From contig CABQSP010000001.1 of NCBI GenBank assembly GCA_902466855.1, positions 45,783 through 109,782 of the forward strand: DNA of 64,000 bases, given 5' to 3'. Under the pieces are notes generated by a model. It saw only the letters and a list, made by a program, of their open reading frames with translations. It ran no database searches and was not told the DNA's origin. A program made the translations under genes and the position numbers. The stretch comes from an uncultured Collinsella sp. (GTDB lineage Bacteria > Actinomycetota > Coriobacteriia > Coriobacteriales > Coriobacteriaceae). This document shows, piece after piece, positions 48,175 through 57,114 of this stretch; position 1 is the first letter of the stretch, and the number at the start of each line of letters is the position of its first letter.

Positions 48175-48552
48175 ATGGAGCTGTTTGATGATCGGGTGGT
48201 TTTGTTTGAGAGCGACGAGGGCGGGGAGTACCTGCTTGTAACGTGTGAGCCGTCTGGCATGGGTGGCCTGGTGGTTCGGCAGACGAGCGAGGGTCCGTTG
48301 ACCCAATGGTGCTTTGAGGAGTCGCCGCATGTGGTCGAGACGTTTGTGGCGCACGAGGGGCTTGTGGCGCTGGAGCACTTCTATGGAGTTGGGACTTCCA
48401 ACCAGGTCGCGCGCATGCTGAGCATCTCGTTTGCCGATTATGACTGTGCTCAGCGGGTGAGATCGCTCCTGAGGGAACTTGATGCCAAGTTTGACGTGAT
48501 CGAAAAGCCAATCGATCGTACGGGGAACGGCGGTATATGCGGAGCAGCATGA
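48175..48552 (+). CDS. Hypothetical protein (125 aa)
   Basis: ORF only. An acidic N-terminus is present. No recognised domain. Confidence 0.35.
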   Translation: MELFDDRVVLFESDEGGEYLLVTCEPSGMGGLVVRQTSEGPLTQWCFEESPHVVETFVAHEGLVALEHFYGVGTSNQVARMLSISFADYDCAQRVRSLLRELDAKFDVIEKPIDRTGNGGICGAA

Positions 48553-48629
48553 CAAAACTGCGTTCCACAAAAAAGTTTGAGATTGTGCTTGACTCCAATA
48601 AGCTAAAGTGGTTTTATATGTCTTGCGCT

Positions 48630-48706
48630 GCGGCGTTACCTCAGCTGGATAGAGGGTCTGACTACGAATCAGAACGTCATAGGTTCGAATCCTATACGCC
48701 GCACCA
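48630..48706 (+). tRNA. tRNA-Arg (anticodon ACG), CCA encoded
   Basis: GCGGCGTTACCTCAGCTGGATAGAGGGTCTGACTACGAATCAGAACGTCATAGGTTCGAATCCTATACGCCGCACCA. Confidence 0.85.
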
Positions 48707-48976
48707 ATTGAATTTTAAAGCCTCCGGCAACGGGGGCTTTTCTTTTATGTCGCCGCTGCATGGATTCGAACCTCGGTCGAGGCGCGAGCGCCAAGAAAAC
48801 GCGGAGCGTTTTTAGCGAGCGGGCGAGCACGCCGGCAGGCGGGCGAAGCCGGTGCGGATCCGCGCAGCGGATGCGCGGAATCCTATACGCCGCACCATTT
48901 GAGATTAAAGCTCCCGGCAACGGGGGCTTTTCTTTTACGTAAACACTGCATGGATTCGAACCTCGGTCGAGGCGCA
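48688..48976. repeat. tRNA-Arg-associated copy of the dispersed element. The 96-nt core (48784..48879) is flanked by ~97-bp imperfect direct repeats (48688..48786, 48880..48976) of the tRNA 3' end, terminator and inverted T-arm-like segment
   Basis: 'atcctatacgccgcacca..aaagc[c/t]cccggcaacgggggcttttctttt..ctgcatggattcgaacctcggtcgaggcgc' occurs twice. The core is 94% identical to the Leu-locus core and contains the palindromes GCGGATCCGC and CGCGCAGCGGATGCGCG. Confidence 0.7.
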
Positions 48977-49082
48977 GGCGTAAAGCGGACTATTTCCTGT
49001 CGACTCGTGTAAGATTTCGAGTAGGTGTCGCGGCCCATCCGTGACCACTCCTTCTTCAAGCGACCGATCAGGGTGATACTTC

Positions 49083-51524
49083 GTGGCAGAGCGTCCGACA
49101 TACAAGCTCAGGTTTCTCGATCCCAAGAAGCGCTTTCCGGCGATGCCCGAGCAGCCTGCGGGGCGCTCATATGGCGTGGTCTGGAAACTCTTTGGCGAGG
49201 ACCAGCATGAATCTTGTTATGTCGTCGAATTCGTTGGCAAAAGCCATGTGTCGCTTTTGGGCTACGTAAGCGTTTCGGGTGAGGTGTACAAGGTGGACCG
49301 CCCCGTTAGCGAGGCTCCGCTGCCCAACGATCCCGACATGGAGCTGGTCCTTGACGAGTCGGATTCCAGTATTGGTGAGATTATGGTAAGGGAAGCCAAC
49401 GGTGCAATGCGTACGTGTGCGCAAACTGCCGGCTCTCCCGAAGGCCCCATGCGCGAGCAGTCCGACCACGAGACATGGAATTCGACCCGCGCCCTTCCTT
49501 ACGGCGAGTTCATGGCCTCGATGTTCTTGCGCTACGTGATATTTGCCAACTCCGAAAGCGCTATTGCGAACACGGCGGGCGTCGACGGTCTCGATGCGGA
49601 CATGCAAAACGTTGTCGACAAAATAAAGCTCGTAAAGTTGCCCGAGCCGGTCGAGGTGTTTTTGGGCTTTAACACGGCACCGCTACCTGACGCTATCGAG
49701 ACGCTGCTCTACCGTGTCGACCATGCCGAGAATCCGAGCGGTATCGAGCGTTATGCGGCCGCCCTTATGAGCGAGGTCGACTTGCCCCGACTGCGCACCA
49801 TCGCCGCCAAGTCCGAGATGAGCCTGGCTCGCATCGATCGCTCAAAGCTTTTCTATCTCAATTTTGATCGTAGCCTGCTGGACCAGGACGAGATTGACAT
49901 GCTGCTTGCCATCGAGTGCCGTCTCAACCGCCTCTCTGGCATCCTCGAGCGCATCGGGGCCGGATTGGCCCCTGCGGCATCCTCGCCGAGCCTTGAGGGC
50001 TGCGCGCTCTTTGATGCGTGGCATATCGCCAAGACGACCAACGATGTTCCCCGACTGCTCGATACGGCCTCGAGCGATAACCCGTGGGGCAAACCGGGTA
50101 CGGTGGCTTGCCAGCCGGGCGGTGAGTGGGATGTGCGTACCCGCTTCGCGCGTATTGTCGAGGCGCTTAACGTGGTCACACGGCTCGACTATACCTATCG
50201 GGCAAACGTTGCCGAGGGGATTATGCTCGTTCGGTTTGGGCGGTCTGTCGTTGATGCCATGCCGCAACGTGAATACGACGCTCAGGATGACGCCTGGCGC
50301 GAGCTGGACGAGGACATGCGCGCGATCTGGGCCGCGGAGCACGATGCGCGCGTGGCACTTACGCTTGCGGCAGCGTGTTTTGCCGCGGGCACCTGCATCA
50401 CGCGCTGCTATGTGCAGATTGCTGCTCCCGACAGTGAGCAGGGCGAGCGCGTTGTCGCAACGTATTTCTTTGGGCGCGCGGCCCATCTGGCCGATTGCGT
50501 GCCTGTCGCCAAGGATCTTGAGAGCATGGACATGGACGATATGCCGTGCAAGCGTGTGCTTGAGGCGTATGAGTCAACCGCTCCGGAGACGATTGAGCCT
50601 GCGGAGGTTCATGCTCGTCCGCGTGATGACCATCGCACACTGCCGCCGGCGCTGCGCGATCTGCTGCTTGCCGATACGGCTGACGAGTTGGAGGTCATGG
50701 AAGAGGACGACGACCCATACGTGGCCCGCGTTGTTGAATTGCGCGAGCAGGCAAAAGTCGACCGTACAGGTGCCTTTGAAGGCTTTTCCCGTCTTGTCGA
50801 GGAGTTGGAGGCTAAGTGCGCCGTCGCCGAGCTTTTGGCGACAGGTCCGGTTCAAACGCAGTTTTGCGATAACCAGCTGGTACGCATGGTGCTACCGGTG
50901 TTGGAAGAAGACCGCTCTGTGCGAATCCTTCGTGCGCCCGATGCGCTGTACTTTGCCCAGCACGAGATCTGCAGCTTTTACGCCGAGCAAGAGGACTTTG
51001 AACGAGCACTGCCCGAGGTGCGCCATCTTTACGATCTGGCGCGCTCGTCCATGCAATCGCACTTTGCGCTCATCAACGTGCTTGCGCGTCTGGAGCGCTT
51101 TGACGAGATTATCGAGGTGGCGCGCCACGGCCTACGTATTGCCAGCGATCGTTCTGCAATCGGCTACCTGTTCTATCGCTTGGCGTTTGCCTATTGGAAT
51201 TGCGATCAGCTCGACCTGGCGCTGGCTTGTTACCGTCTGGTGCCGCGCGGCGAGGAGTCGGGCAGTAGCGCGCTGGAAGAAATGCAGGGCCTTATGAATG
51301 AGATGGGCGTCAGCGAGCCTCTGACGTTCGAGGAGGCGGTCGAGACCATCCGCAAGGCTGGACTCGAGCTGCCGCCAGTGTCCGCCGTGACGAATCAGCT
51401 GGCAGATGCCGCTGTGCAACTGGTCGACAACGGCTTCTTTTTCCTGGCACGCGGTTGTATCTTCCAAATGTGGCGCACCATGGGCAACGACGAGCTCGGC
51501 TCCCTCAACCGCTCGCTGGGGTAG
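49083..51524 (+). CDS. Large hypothetical protein (813 aa), acidic, possible C-terminal TPR-like helical repeats
   Basis: Long uninterrupted ORF. The C-terminal 'LFYRLAFAYWNCDQLDLALACYRLV' is TPR-like. No catalytic motif recognised. Confidence 0.5.
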   Translation: MAERPTYKLRFLDPKKRFPAMPEQPAGRSYGVVWKLFGEDQHESCYVVEFVGKSHVSLLGYVSVSGEVYKVDRPVSEAPLPNDPDMELVLDESDSSIGEIMVREANGAMRTCAQTAGSPEGPMREQSDHETWNSTRALPYGEFMASMFLRYVIFANSESAIANTAGVDGLDADMQNVVDKIKLVKLPEPVEVFLGFNTAPLPDAIETLLYRVDHAENPSGIERYAAALMSEVDLPRLRTIAAKSEMSLARIDRSKLFYLNFDRSLLDQDEIDMLLAIECRLNRLSGILERIGAGLAPAASSPSLEGCALFDAWHIAKTTNDVPRLLDTASSDNPWGKPGTVACQPGGEWDVRTRFARIVEALNVVTRLDYTYRANVAEGIMLVRFGRSVVDAMPQREYDAQDDAWRELDEDMRAIWAAEHDARVALTLAAACFAAGTCITRCYVQIAAPDSEQGERVVATYFFGRAAHLADCVPVAKDLESMDMDDMPCKRVLEAYESTAPETIEPAEVHARPRDDHRTLPPALRDLLLADTADELEVMEEDDDPYVARVVELREQAKVDRTGAFEGFSRLVEELEAKCAVAELLATGPVQTQFCDNQLVRMVLPVLEEDRSVRILRAPDALYFAQHEICSFYAEQEDFERALPEVRHLYDLARSSMQSHFALINVLARLERFDEIIEVARHGLRIASDRSAIGYLFYRLAFAYWNCDQLDLALACYRLVPRGEESGSSALEEMQGLMNEMGVSEPLTFEEAVETIRKAGLELPPVSAVTNQLADAAVQLVDNGFFFLARGCIFQMWRTMGNDELGSLNRSLG

Positions 51525-51616
51525 GCGAAGCCTCCAAGGAGGAAAGGATGCTAGGCAATTAGAAAATTTCCTCTTGCCCATCCTTGGCTGTTTGGTTACT
51601 ATAGAACGGCTGTTAC

Positions 51617-51707
51617 GGAGAGCTGACCGAGAGGCCGAAGGTGCTCGCCTGCTAAGCGAGTATGCCCCAAAAGGGCATCTGGGGTTCGAATCCCCAGCTC
51701 TCCGCCA
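51617..51707 (+). tRNA. tRNA-Ser (anticodon GCT), long variable arm, CCA encoded
   Basis: GGAGAGCTGACCGAGAGGCCGAAGGTGCTCGCCTGCTAAGCGAGTATGCCCCAAAAGGGCATCTGGGGTTCGAATCCCCAGCTCTCCGCCA. Confidence 0.85.
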
Positions 51708-51762
51708 GTTTAACCTTAAAGAAGGGTCCCATCGGGGGCCCTTTTTTATTATCGAGAAAGGG

Positions 51763-51780
51763 CGCTGGGGATTCGAACCC
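51763..51780. repeat. Inverted partial copy of the tRNA-Ser T-arm/acceptor 3' strand, located after the tRNA-Ser terminator
   Basis: 'gctggggattcgaaccc' is the reverse complement of the tRNA's 'gggttcgaatccccagc' (17 of 17). It has the same placement as the inverted segments at the Leu and Arg loci. Confidence 0.6.
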
Positions 51781-51840
51781 TCAAAAAAAGGAGGCATCCT
51801 TTCGGACACCTCCTTTCAGCGAGTGTATTGTTCTTCGACC

Positions 51841-53292
51841 TTACACCTCGGGTGCCTTGGCTACGGTCTCGCTCTCGGCTGTGAGCGGGCGGTTGTCGAT
51901 GCGGCGGCCCAAGCGATCGAGCTTCACGAGCAGCCATTCAATGGGATTCGGCCCTGCACCTTCCTCGTCGGCAACCAAATCCACGACGGCAATCTTGGTG
52001 CCGTCCTGCTTGAGCGTAACGCTGCCCACCTTGTCGCCCACATGCACCGTGCCCGAAAGATCGTCGTAGCTAACCTTTTCGGTCACCTCGCCGGCAAGGG
52101 AAAACACGGTCGCTTGCGCCGTGGGGTCGGCGAGCGTGGCGTCGATCGTCTTATCCGTCCAGTCGGTTTGACCGATGCGCGCCATAAGCGGGTTGCCGTT
52201 GGCGGTCTTTTCCTGCGTGTTGGCGATCGCGACCGTCACCTTATGACCGTAGTACCAATTGGCAAGGGTTGCGGTATCGGTAAAGCGCTGATCGGTGGTG
52301 GTGGAGTTCAAAATAACGGTGTAGATCTCGTCGCCGTCGCGGTTGTAGGCGCTCGTAAAGCAATAGCCCGCGTCGTCGGTGGTGCCGGTCTTGCCGCCGA
52401 TGTTGCCATCTTGGCCCAGCAAATAGTTATGCGTGTCCATGGAATGCGAATGGTCGGTGCCGTCGGCGCCCGTGACCTCGATCCAGGAATCCTCGCTCGC
52501 TACGACCTCGCGGATCGTGTCGTTTTTCATGGCCTCCTGCATCATCAGCGCTACGTCGTGTGCGGTTGAGTGCATATCGCCAGCCCACTCATCAAAGTCC
52601 AGACCATGCGGGTTTTCAAAAAGCGTACCGGTGCAGCCGAGCTTCTTAGCGCGCTCGTTCATGGCCTTCACAAATGTGGCCTCGGCGTCTTTGGTCTTAG
52701 GGTCGATCTTCTTGCCCACATATTCGGCGAGCACGATGGCGGCGTCGTTGCCCGAGGGAATCATCAGGCCGCGCAGTGCCTGCTCCACGGTAAGCTCGTC
52801 GCCTTCGAGCAAGCCGGCGGTCGAATTACCCACGGTGGCCGCGGCGTTGCTCACTGTGACCTTCTCGTCCATCTTGCAATTCTCGACGGTTAGGATTGCG
52901 GTCATGACCTTGGTGATCGAGGCAATCTTGACCTGCTCATCGGCGTCGCGGGCATAGTAGACGGTGCCGTCTTTGCCCATGACGAGGGCATTGGTCGCAT
53001 CGATATCGGGCAGGTTTTCGGCCGTGATACCGCGCACATCGGCGGTTTTGCCGCAAACATTGTCGGTCGTGAGCACTTGGGCGCCGGCGACGGTGGGCAC
53101 GCCAGCGGCAAGGGCGATAGCGCAGACAAAGCCGGCGGCAAGCTGGGCTGAGCGCTTTGCAAAAGAGGTGAGGGACTTCACGGATTTCGCTTTCGACGGG
53201 ATGGTCTCTTCTGAAACTAGAGTATATCGTTTGCCGGCGTCGGCGATCATCGCGTGCGTGCGTGGCCCACATCCGCGCCCGAACGGGCACAA
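51841..53292 (-). CDS. Serine-type D-Ala-D-Ala carboxypeptidase (peptidase S11, PBP5-like) with signal peptide and C-terminal domain
   Basis: 'SITKVMTA' is SxxK. 'SGN' and 'KTGTT' follow. The signal/TM region reads 'AAGFVCAIALAAGVPTVAGA'. Confidence 0.8.
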   Translation of the reverse strand: MCPFGRGCGPRTHAMIADAGKRYTLVSEETIPSKAKSVKSLTSFAKRSAQLAAGFVCAIALAAGVPTVAGAQVLTTDNVCGKTADVRGITAENLPDIDATNALVMGKDGTVYYARDADEQVKIASITKVMTAILTVENCKMDEKVTVSNAAATVGNSTAGLLEGDELTVEQALRGLMIPSGNDAAIVLAEYVGKKIDPKTKDAEATFVKAMNERAKKLGCTGTLFENPHGLDFDEWAGDMHSTAHDVALMMQEAMKNDTIREVVASEDSWIEVTGADGTDHSHSMDTHNYLLGQDGNIGGKTGTTDDAGYCFTSAYNRDGDEIYTVILNSTTTDQRFTDTATLANWYYGHKVTVAIANTQEKTANGNPLMARIGQTDWTDKTIDATLADPTAQATVFSLAGEVTEKVSYDDLSGTVHVGDKVGSVTLKQDGTKIAVVDLVADEEGAGPNPIEWLLVKLDRLGRRIDNRPLTAESETVAKAPEV

Positions 53293-53378
53293 GGGTGCTT
53301 AAGGCCGACTTAATCACCCACGCTTGTTGTGTGTGACGGGCGCCCCCTCGGGCATAATGGAGCGCGAGAGGAGCACGC

Positions 53379-54074
53379 ATGAACGAGCGCATACTGGTAG
53401 TTGATGACGAGAAGGCCATTGCCGACCTAGTGGGCATCTACCTTACAAAAGAAGGCTTTGACGTCCAGATTGCCTATAGCGGGGCCGATGCTGCCAAGGC
53501 AATCTTGGAGCAGGAGTTCGATCTGGCGCTGCTGGATGTCATGCTGCCCGATATCGATGGGTTTGAGCTGCTGCGTACGATCCGTTCCAGCCATACCTAT
53601 CCTGTGATCATGCTGACGGCGCGCGATGCCCAGCAAGACAAGATCGAGGGCCTTTCGCTTGGCGCGGACGATTACGTGGTTAAGCCGTTTCGTCCGCTGG
53701 AGCTCGTCGCGCGCGTGCACGCTCAGCTTCGCCGCTACACCAGCTACGGTAGCCGTGCACAGGCGGCCGAGTCGCCGACCATTCAGCTCGACGGCTTGGA
53801 GATCAACCGCGACGCTCGTTCCGTGACGGTGGACGGTGCACCGGTACGCCTCACACCCACCGAGTATTCAATCTTGCTGTATCTGGTCGAGCATCGCGGC
53901 AGCGTGGTGGCCGTGGAGGACCTGTTCCGTGCGGTGTGGAACGAGGATTTTATGCCCGGCTCCAACAATACGGTGATGGTGCACATTCGCCACTTGCGCG
54001 AAAAGATTGGCGACGACGCACAAAAGCCGCGCTTTATCAAAAACGTCTGGGGCGTCGGCTACATAATCGAATAA
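53379..54074 (+). CDS. OmpR-family response regulator
   Basis: 'ILVVDDEKAI...LDVMLPDIDGFEL' is the receiver domain. A winged-helix C-terminus is present. Confidence 0.85.
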   Translation: MNERILVVDDEKAIADLVGIYLTKEGFDVQIAYSGADAAKAILEQEFDLALLDVMLPDIDGFELLRTIRSSHTYPVIMLTARDAQQDKIEGLSLGADDYVVKPFRPLELVARVHAQLRRYTSYGSRAQAAESPTIQLDGLEINRDARSVTVDGAPVRLTPTEYSILLYLVEHRGSVVAVEDLFRAVWNEDFMPGSNNTVMVHIRHLREKIGDDAQKPRFIKNVWGVGYIIE

Positions 54075-54100
54075 CGCTTTTCGCTTGTGAGGATCTTGAT

Positions 54101-55339
54101 ATGACAAAAGACGATAGACAAGCGTTCGAGGTGCCCGATCGACTCTTTGAATACGTGAGGTCGGTCGTCGACAACCGCGCGCTTGCAACGGTGCTGCTTT
54201 TTTTGCTGAGCCTGCTGCTGGTTGGCATCGATAACATCGCCGGAATCTTGACGGTGCTGCTTGCCGGCTTTTTGCTGATCGATCGATTTGAGATCGTGCG
54301 CCGCTGCATGGTGATTGGCGGCGCCGCGTGGGCCATGACGTTGGCGATTGGCGCCATGGCGCTCGGCGGCATCGAAGGGCCGGTGCTGTTCGATGCCGGC
54401 TTTGTATTCAACATGCTTGGCTTTGTGCTGGCGCTTGCCGCGTGCGTGCTGTTCTTGTGCGGCCGCGCCCTGTACTACCAGGGCTACGAACAGGGCGAGC
54501 AGCATGCCGATTGTGTGCTGGCCGCTCGTATTCAAGATCGCCTGATCGATCACCCCGACACCTGGGACAACATCGACGGCGACTTCTTGGAGGCCGAGGG
54601 TGCCCTTAACCGCGTGCGTGACCGTGAGCGCAAGGTGCAGCAAGCTCTGCGTGACGAGTCGCATCGCAAGGACGATCTGGTCACGTACTTGGCACATGAC
54701 CTGCGCACCCCGCTTGCCAGCGTGGTGGGCTATCTTTCGCTGCTGCAAGAGGCTCCCGAGCTGCCGGTTGAGCAACGTACGCACTTTACGGGCGTGGCGC
54801 TCGACAAGGCGCACCGGCTCGATGCGCTCATCGAAGAGTTCTTCGATATCACGCGCTTTGACTTCCACGATATCGTGCTCACGCGCGGCTATGTTGATCT
54901 GGGGTTGCTGCTGGCTCAGGTGACTGACGAGTTCTATCCCATCCTCAACGAGCAGCATAAGGAAGTCCAAGTTGATATTCGCGAGGACCTGACGGTGCTC
55001 GTGGATGGCGACAAGATGGCCCGCGTGTTTAACAACATCATGAAAAACGCCGTCGCCTATAGCTATGAGGGCTCGACTATCACGATCGAGGCCGGGCGCC
55101 AAGACGATGGCGGCGTGCGCGTGCGCTTTATCAATCAGGGCGATCCTATCCCTGCGGCTAAGCTCAAGGTGATCTTTGAGAAGTTCTATCGCCTGGATGC
55201 GGCGCGTGCGACCAATCGCGGTGGTGCCGGTCTGGGCCTTGCTATTGCCAAGGAGATCATCGCGGCACACGGCGGTACCGTTGCATGTGAATCGACGCCC
55301 GAACACACGATATTCACCATCGAGCTGCCCGCCGCATAG
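54101..55339 (+). CDS. Sensor histidine kinase (2-3 TM, HisKA + HATPase_c)
   Basis: H-box 'YLAHDLRTPLASV'. N/G boxes 'NIMKNAVAY' and 'GGAGLGLAIAKE'. Confidence 0.85.
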   Translation: MTKDDRQAFEVPDRLFEYVRSVVDNRALATVLLFLLSLLLVGIDNIAGILTVLLAGFLLIDRFEIVRRCMVIGGAAWAMTLAIGAMALGGIEGPVLFDAGFVFNMLGFVLALAACVLFLCGRALYYQGYEQGEQHADCVLAARIQDRLIDHPDTWDNIDGDFLEAEGALNRVRDRERKVQQALRDESHRKDDLVTYLAHDLRTPLASVVGYLSLLQEAPELPVEQRTHFTGVALDKAHRLDALIEEFFDITRFDFHDIVLTRGYVDLGLLLAQVTDEFYPILNEQHKEVQVDIREDLTVLVDGDKMARVFNNIMKNAVAYSYEGSTITIEAGRQDDGGVRVRFINQGDPIPAAKLKVIFEKFYRLDAARATNRGGAGLGLAIAKEIIAAHGGTVACESTPEHTIFTIELPAA

Positions 55340-55427
55340 CCAGCGTGCCCTTACAAACACTTGACAATGCGCTCACGTGCATATGAGCCGCGATTTCTAC
55401 TATCGATACTGCTGAATTGATATCGAT

Positions 55428-56318
<891 letters not shown>

Positions 56319-56382
56319 TACCATCTAGTACAGGCACCTTTAGGGTTAAGATGCGGTCATGCCGGCCGCAAAGGGGTTCAAC

Positions 56383-57111
56383 ATGATCTATTACGTCGAG
56401 GACGATGACAACATCAGGGATTTGACGGTCTATGCGCTGCGCAAGCAGGGGATCGAGGCCGAAGGCTTTTCGTGCGACGGTGAGTTTAAGGCTGCCGTGG
56501 CGCGACGGGTACCCGATGCCGTCCTGCTCGACATCATGCTGCCCGATACCGATGGCTTGGCGATTATGCGTCGCCTGCGTGCCGATCGCCTGACGGCGAC
56601 GGTGCCCATCATGATGCTTACCGCCAAGGATACCGAGCTCGACAAGGTGATGGCGCTCGATGGCGGTGCCGACGATTACCTGACTAAACCCTTCTCGCTC
56701 ATGGAGCTTGCGAGCCGCTGCCGCGCACTGCTGCGTCGCGGCGGCATGGTCAAGCAGGCGAGCGATGTGCTCAGCGTGGGCGACATCGTGCTCTCGCCCA
56801 GTCATCGCGAGGTGACCGTTGCCGGCGAGCCGCTTAAGCTCACCCTGCGCGAGTTCGACCTTCTCGAGTACCTCATGCGCAAGCCCGGCGTGGTCTTTAC
56901 CCGCGAGTCGTTGCTGCAGAGCGTGTGGGGTTGGGACTTCGACGGCGGTTCGCGCACCGTTGACGTGCACGTGCAGACGCTTCGCCAAAAACTGGGCGAG
57001 CATGCCAGCGCCATCGAGACCGTGCGCGGCGTGGGCTACCGCTTGGCCGAGCCTTCTGCCGGTGATGGTGCCGAAGGTGACGACACCGCGGCCACCGCAT
57101 CGGAGGAGTAA
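56383..57111 (+). CDS. OmpR-family response regulator (PhoP/PhoB-like)
   Basis: 'MIYYVEDDDNIRDL...LDIMLPDTDGLAI'. A winged helix reads 'VDVHVQTLRQKL'. Confidence 0.8.
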   Translation: MIYYVEDDDNIRDLTVYALRKQGIEAEGFSCDGEFKAAVARRVPDAVLLDIMLPDTDGLAIMRRLRADRLTATVPIMMLTAKDTELDKVMALDGGADDYLTKPFSLMELASRCRALLRRGGMVKQASDVLSVGDIVLSPSHREVTVAGEPLKLTLREFDLLEYLMRKPGVVFTRESLLQSVWGWDFDGGSRTVDVHVQTLRQKLGEHASAIETVRGVGYRLAEPSAGDGAEGDDTAATASEE

Positions 57112-57114
57112 CCC

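Noticed and set aside
48669-49101. Minus-strand ORFs of 83 and 72 aa overlapping the tRNA-Arg element
   Set aside because: They span tRNA and terminator sequence and show no coding signal. Their repetition simply mirrors the DNA repeat.
53936-54100. Upstream extension of the first histidine kinase (track start 53936) overlapping the response regulator by ~140 nt
   Set aside because: The extension ('MERGFYARLQQYGDG...') overlaps the conserved RR C-terminus in another frame. ATG 54101, 27 nt after the RR stop and followed by a TM helix, is the plausible start.
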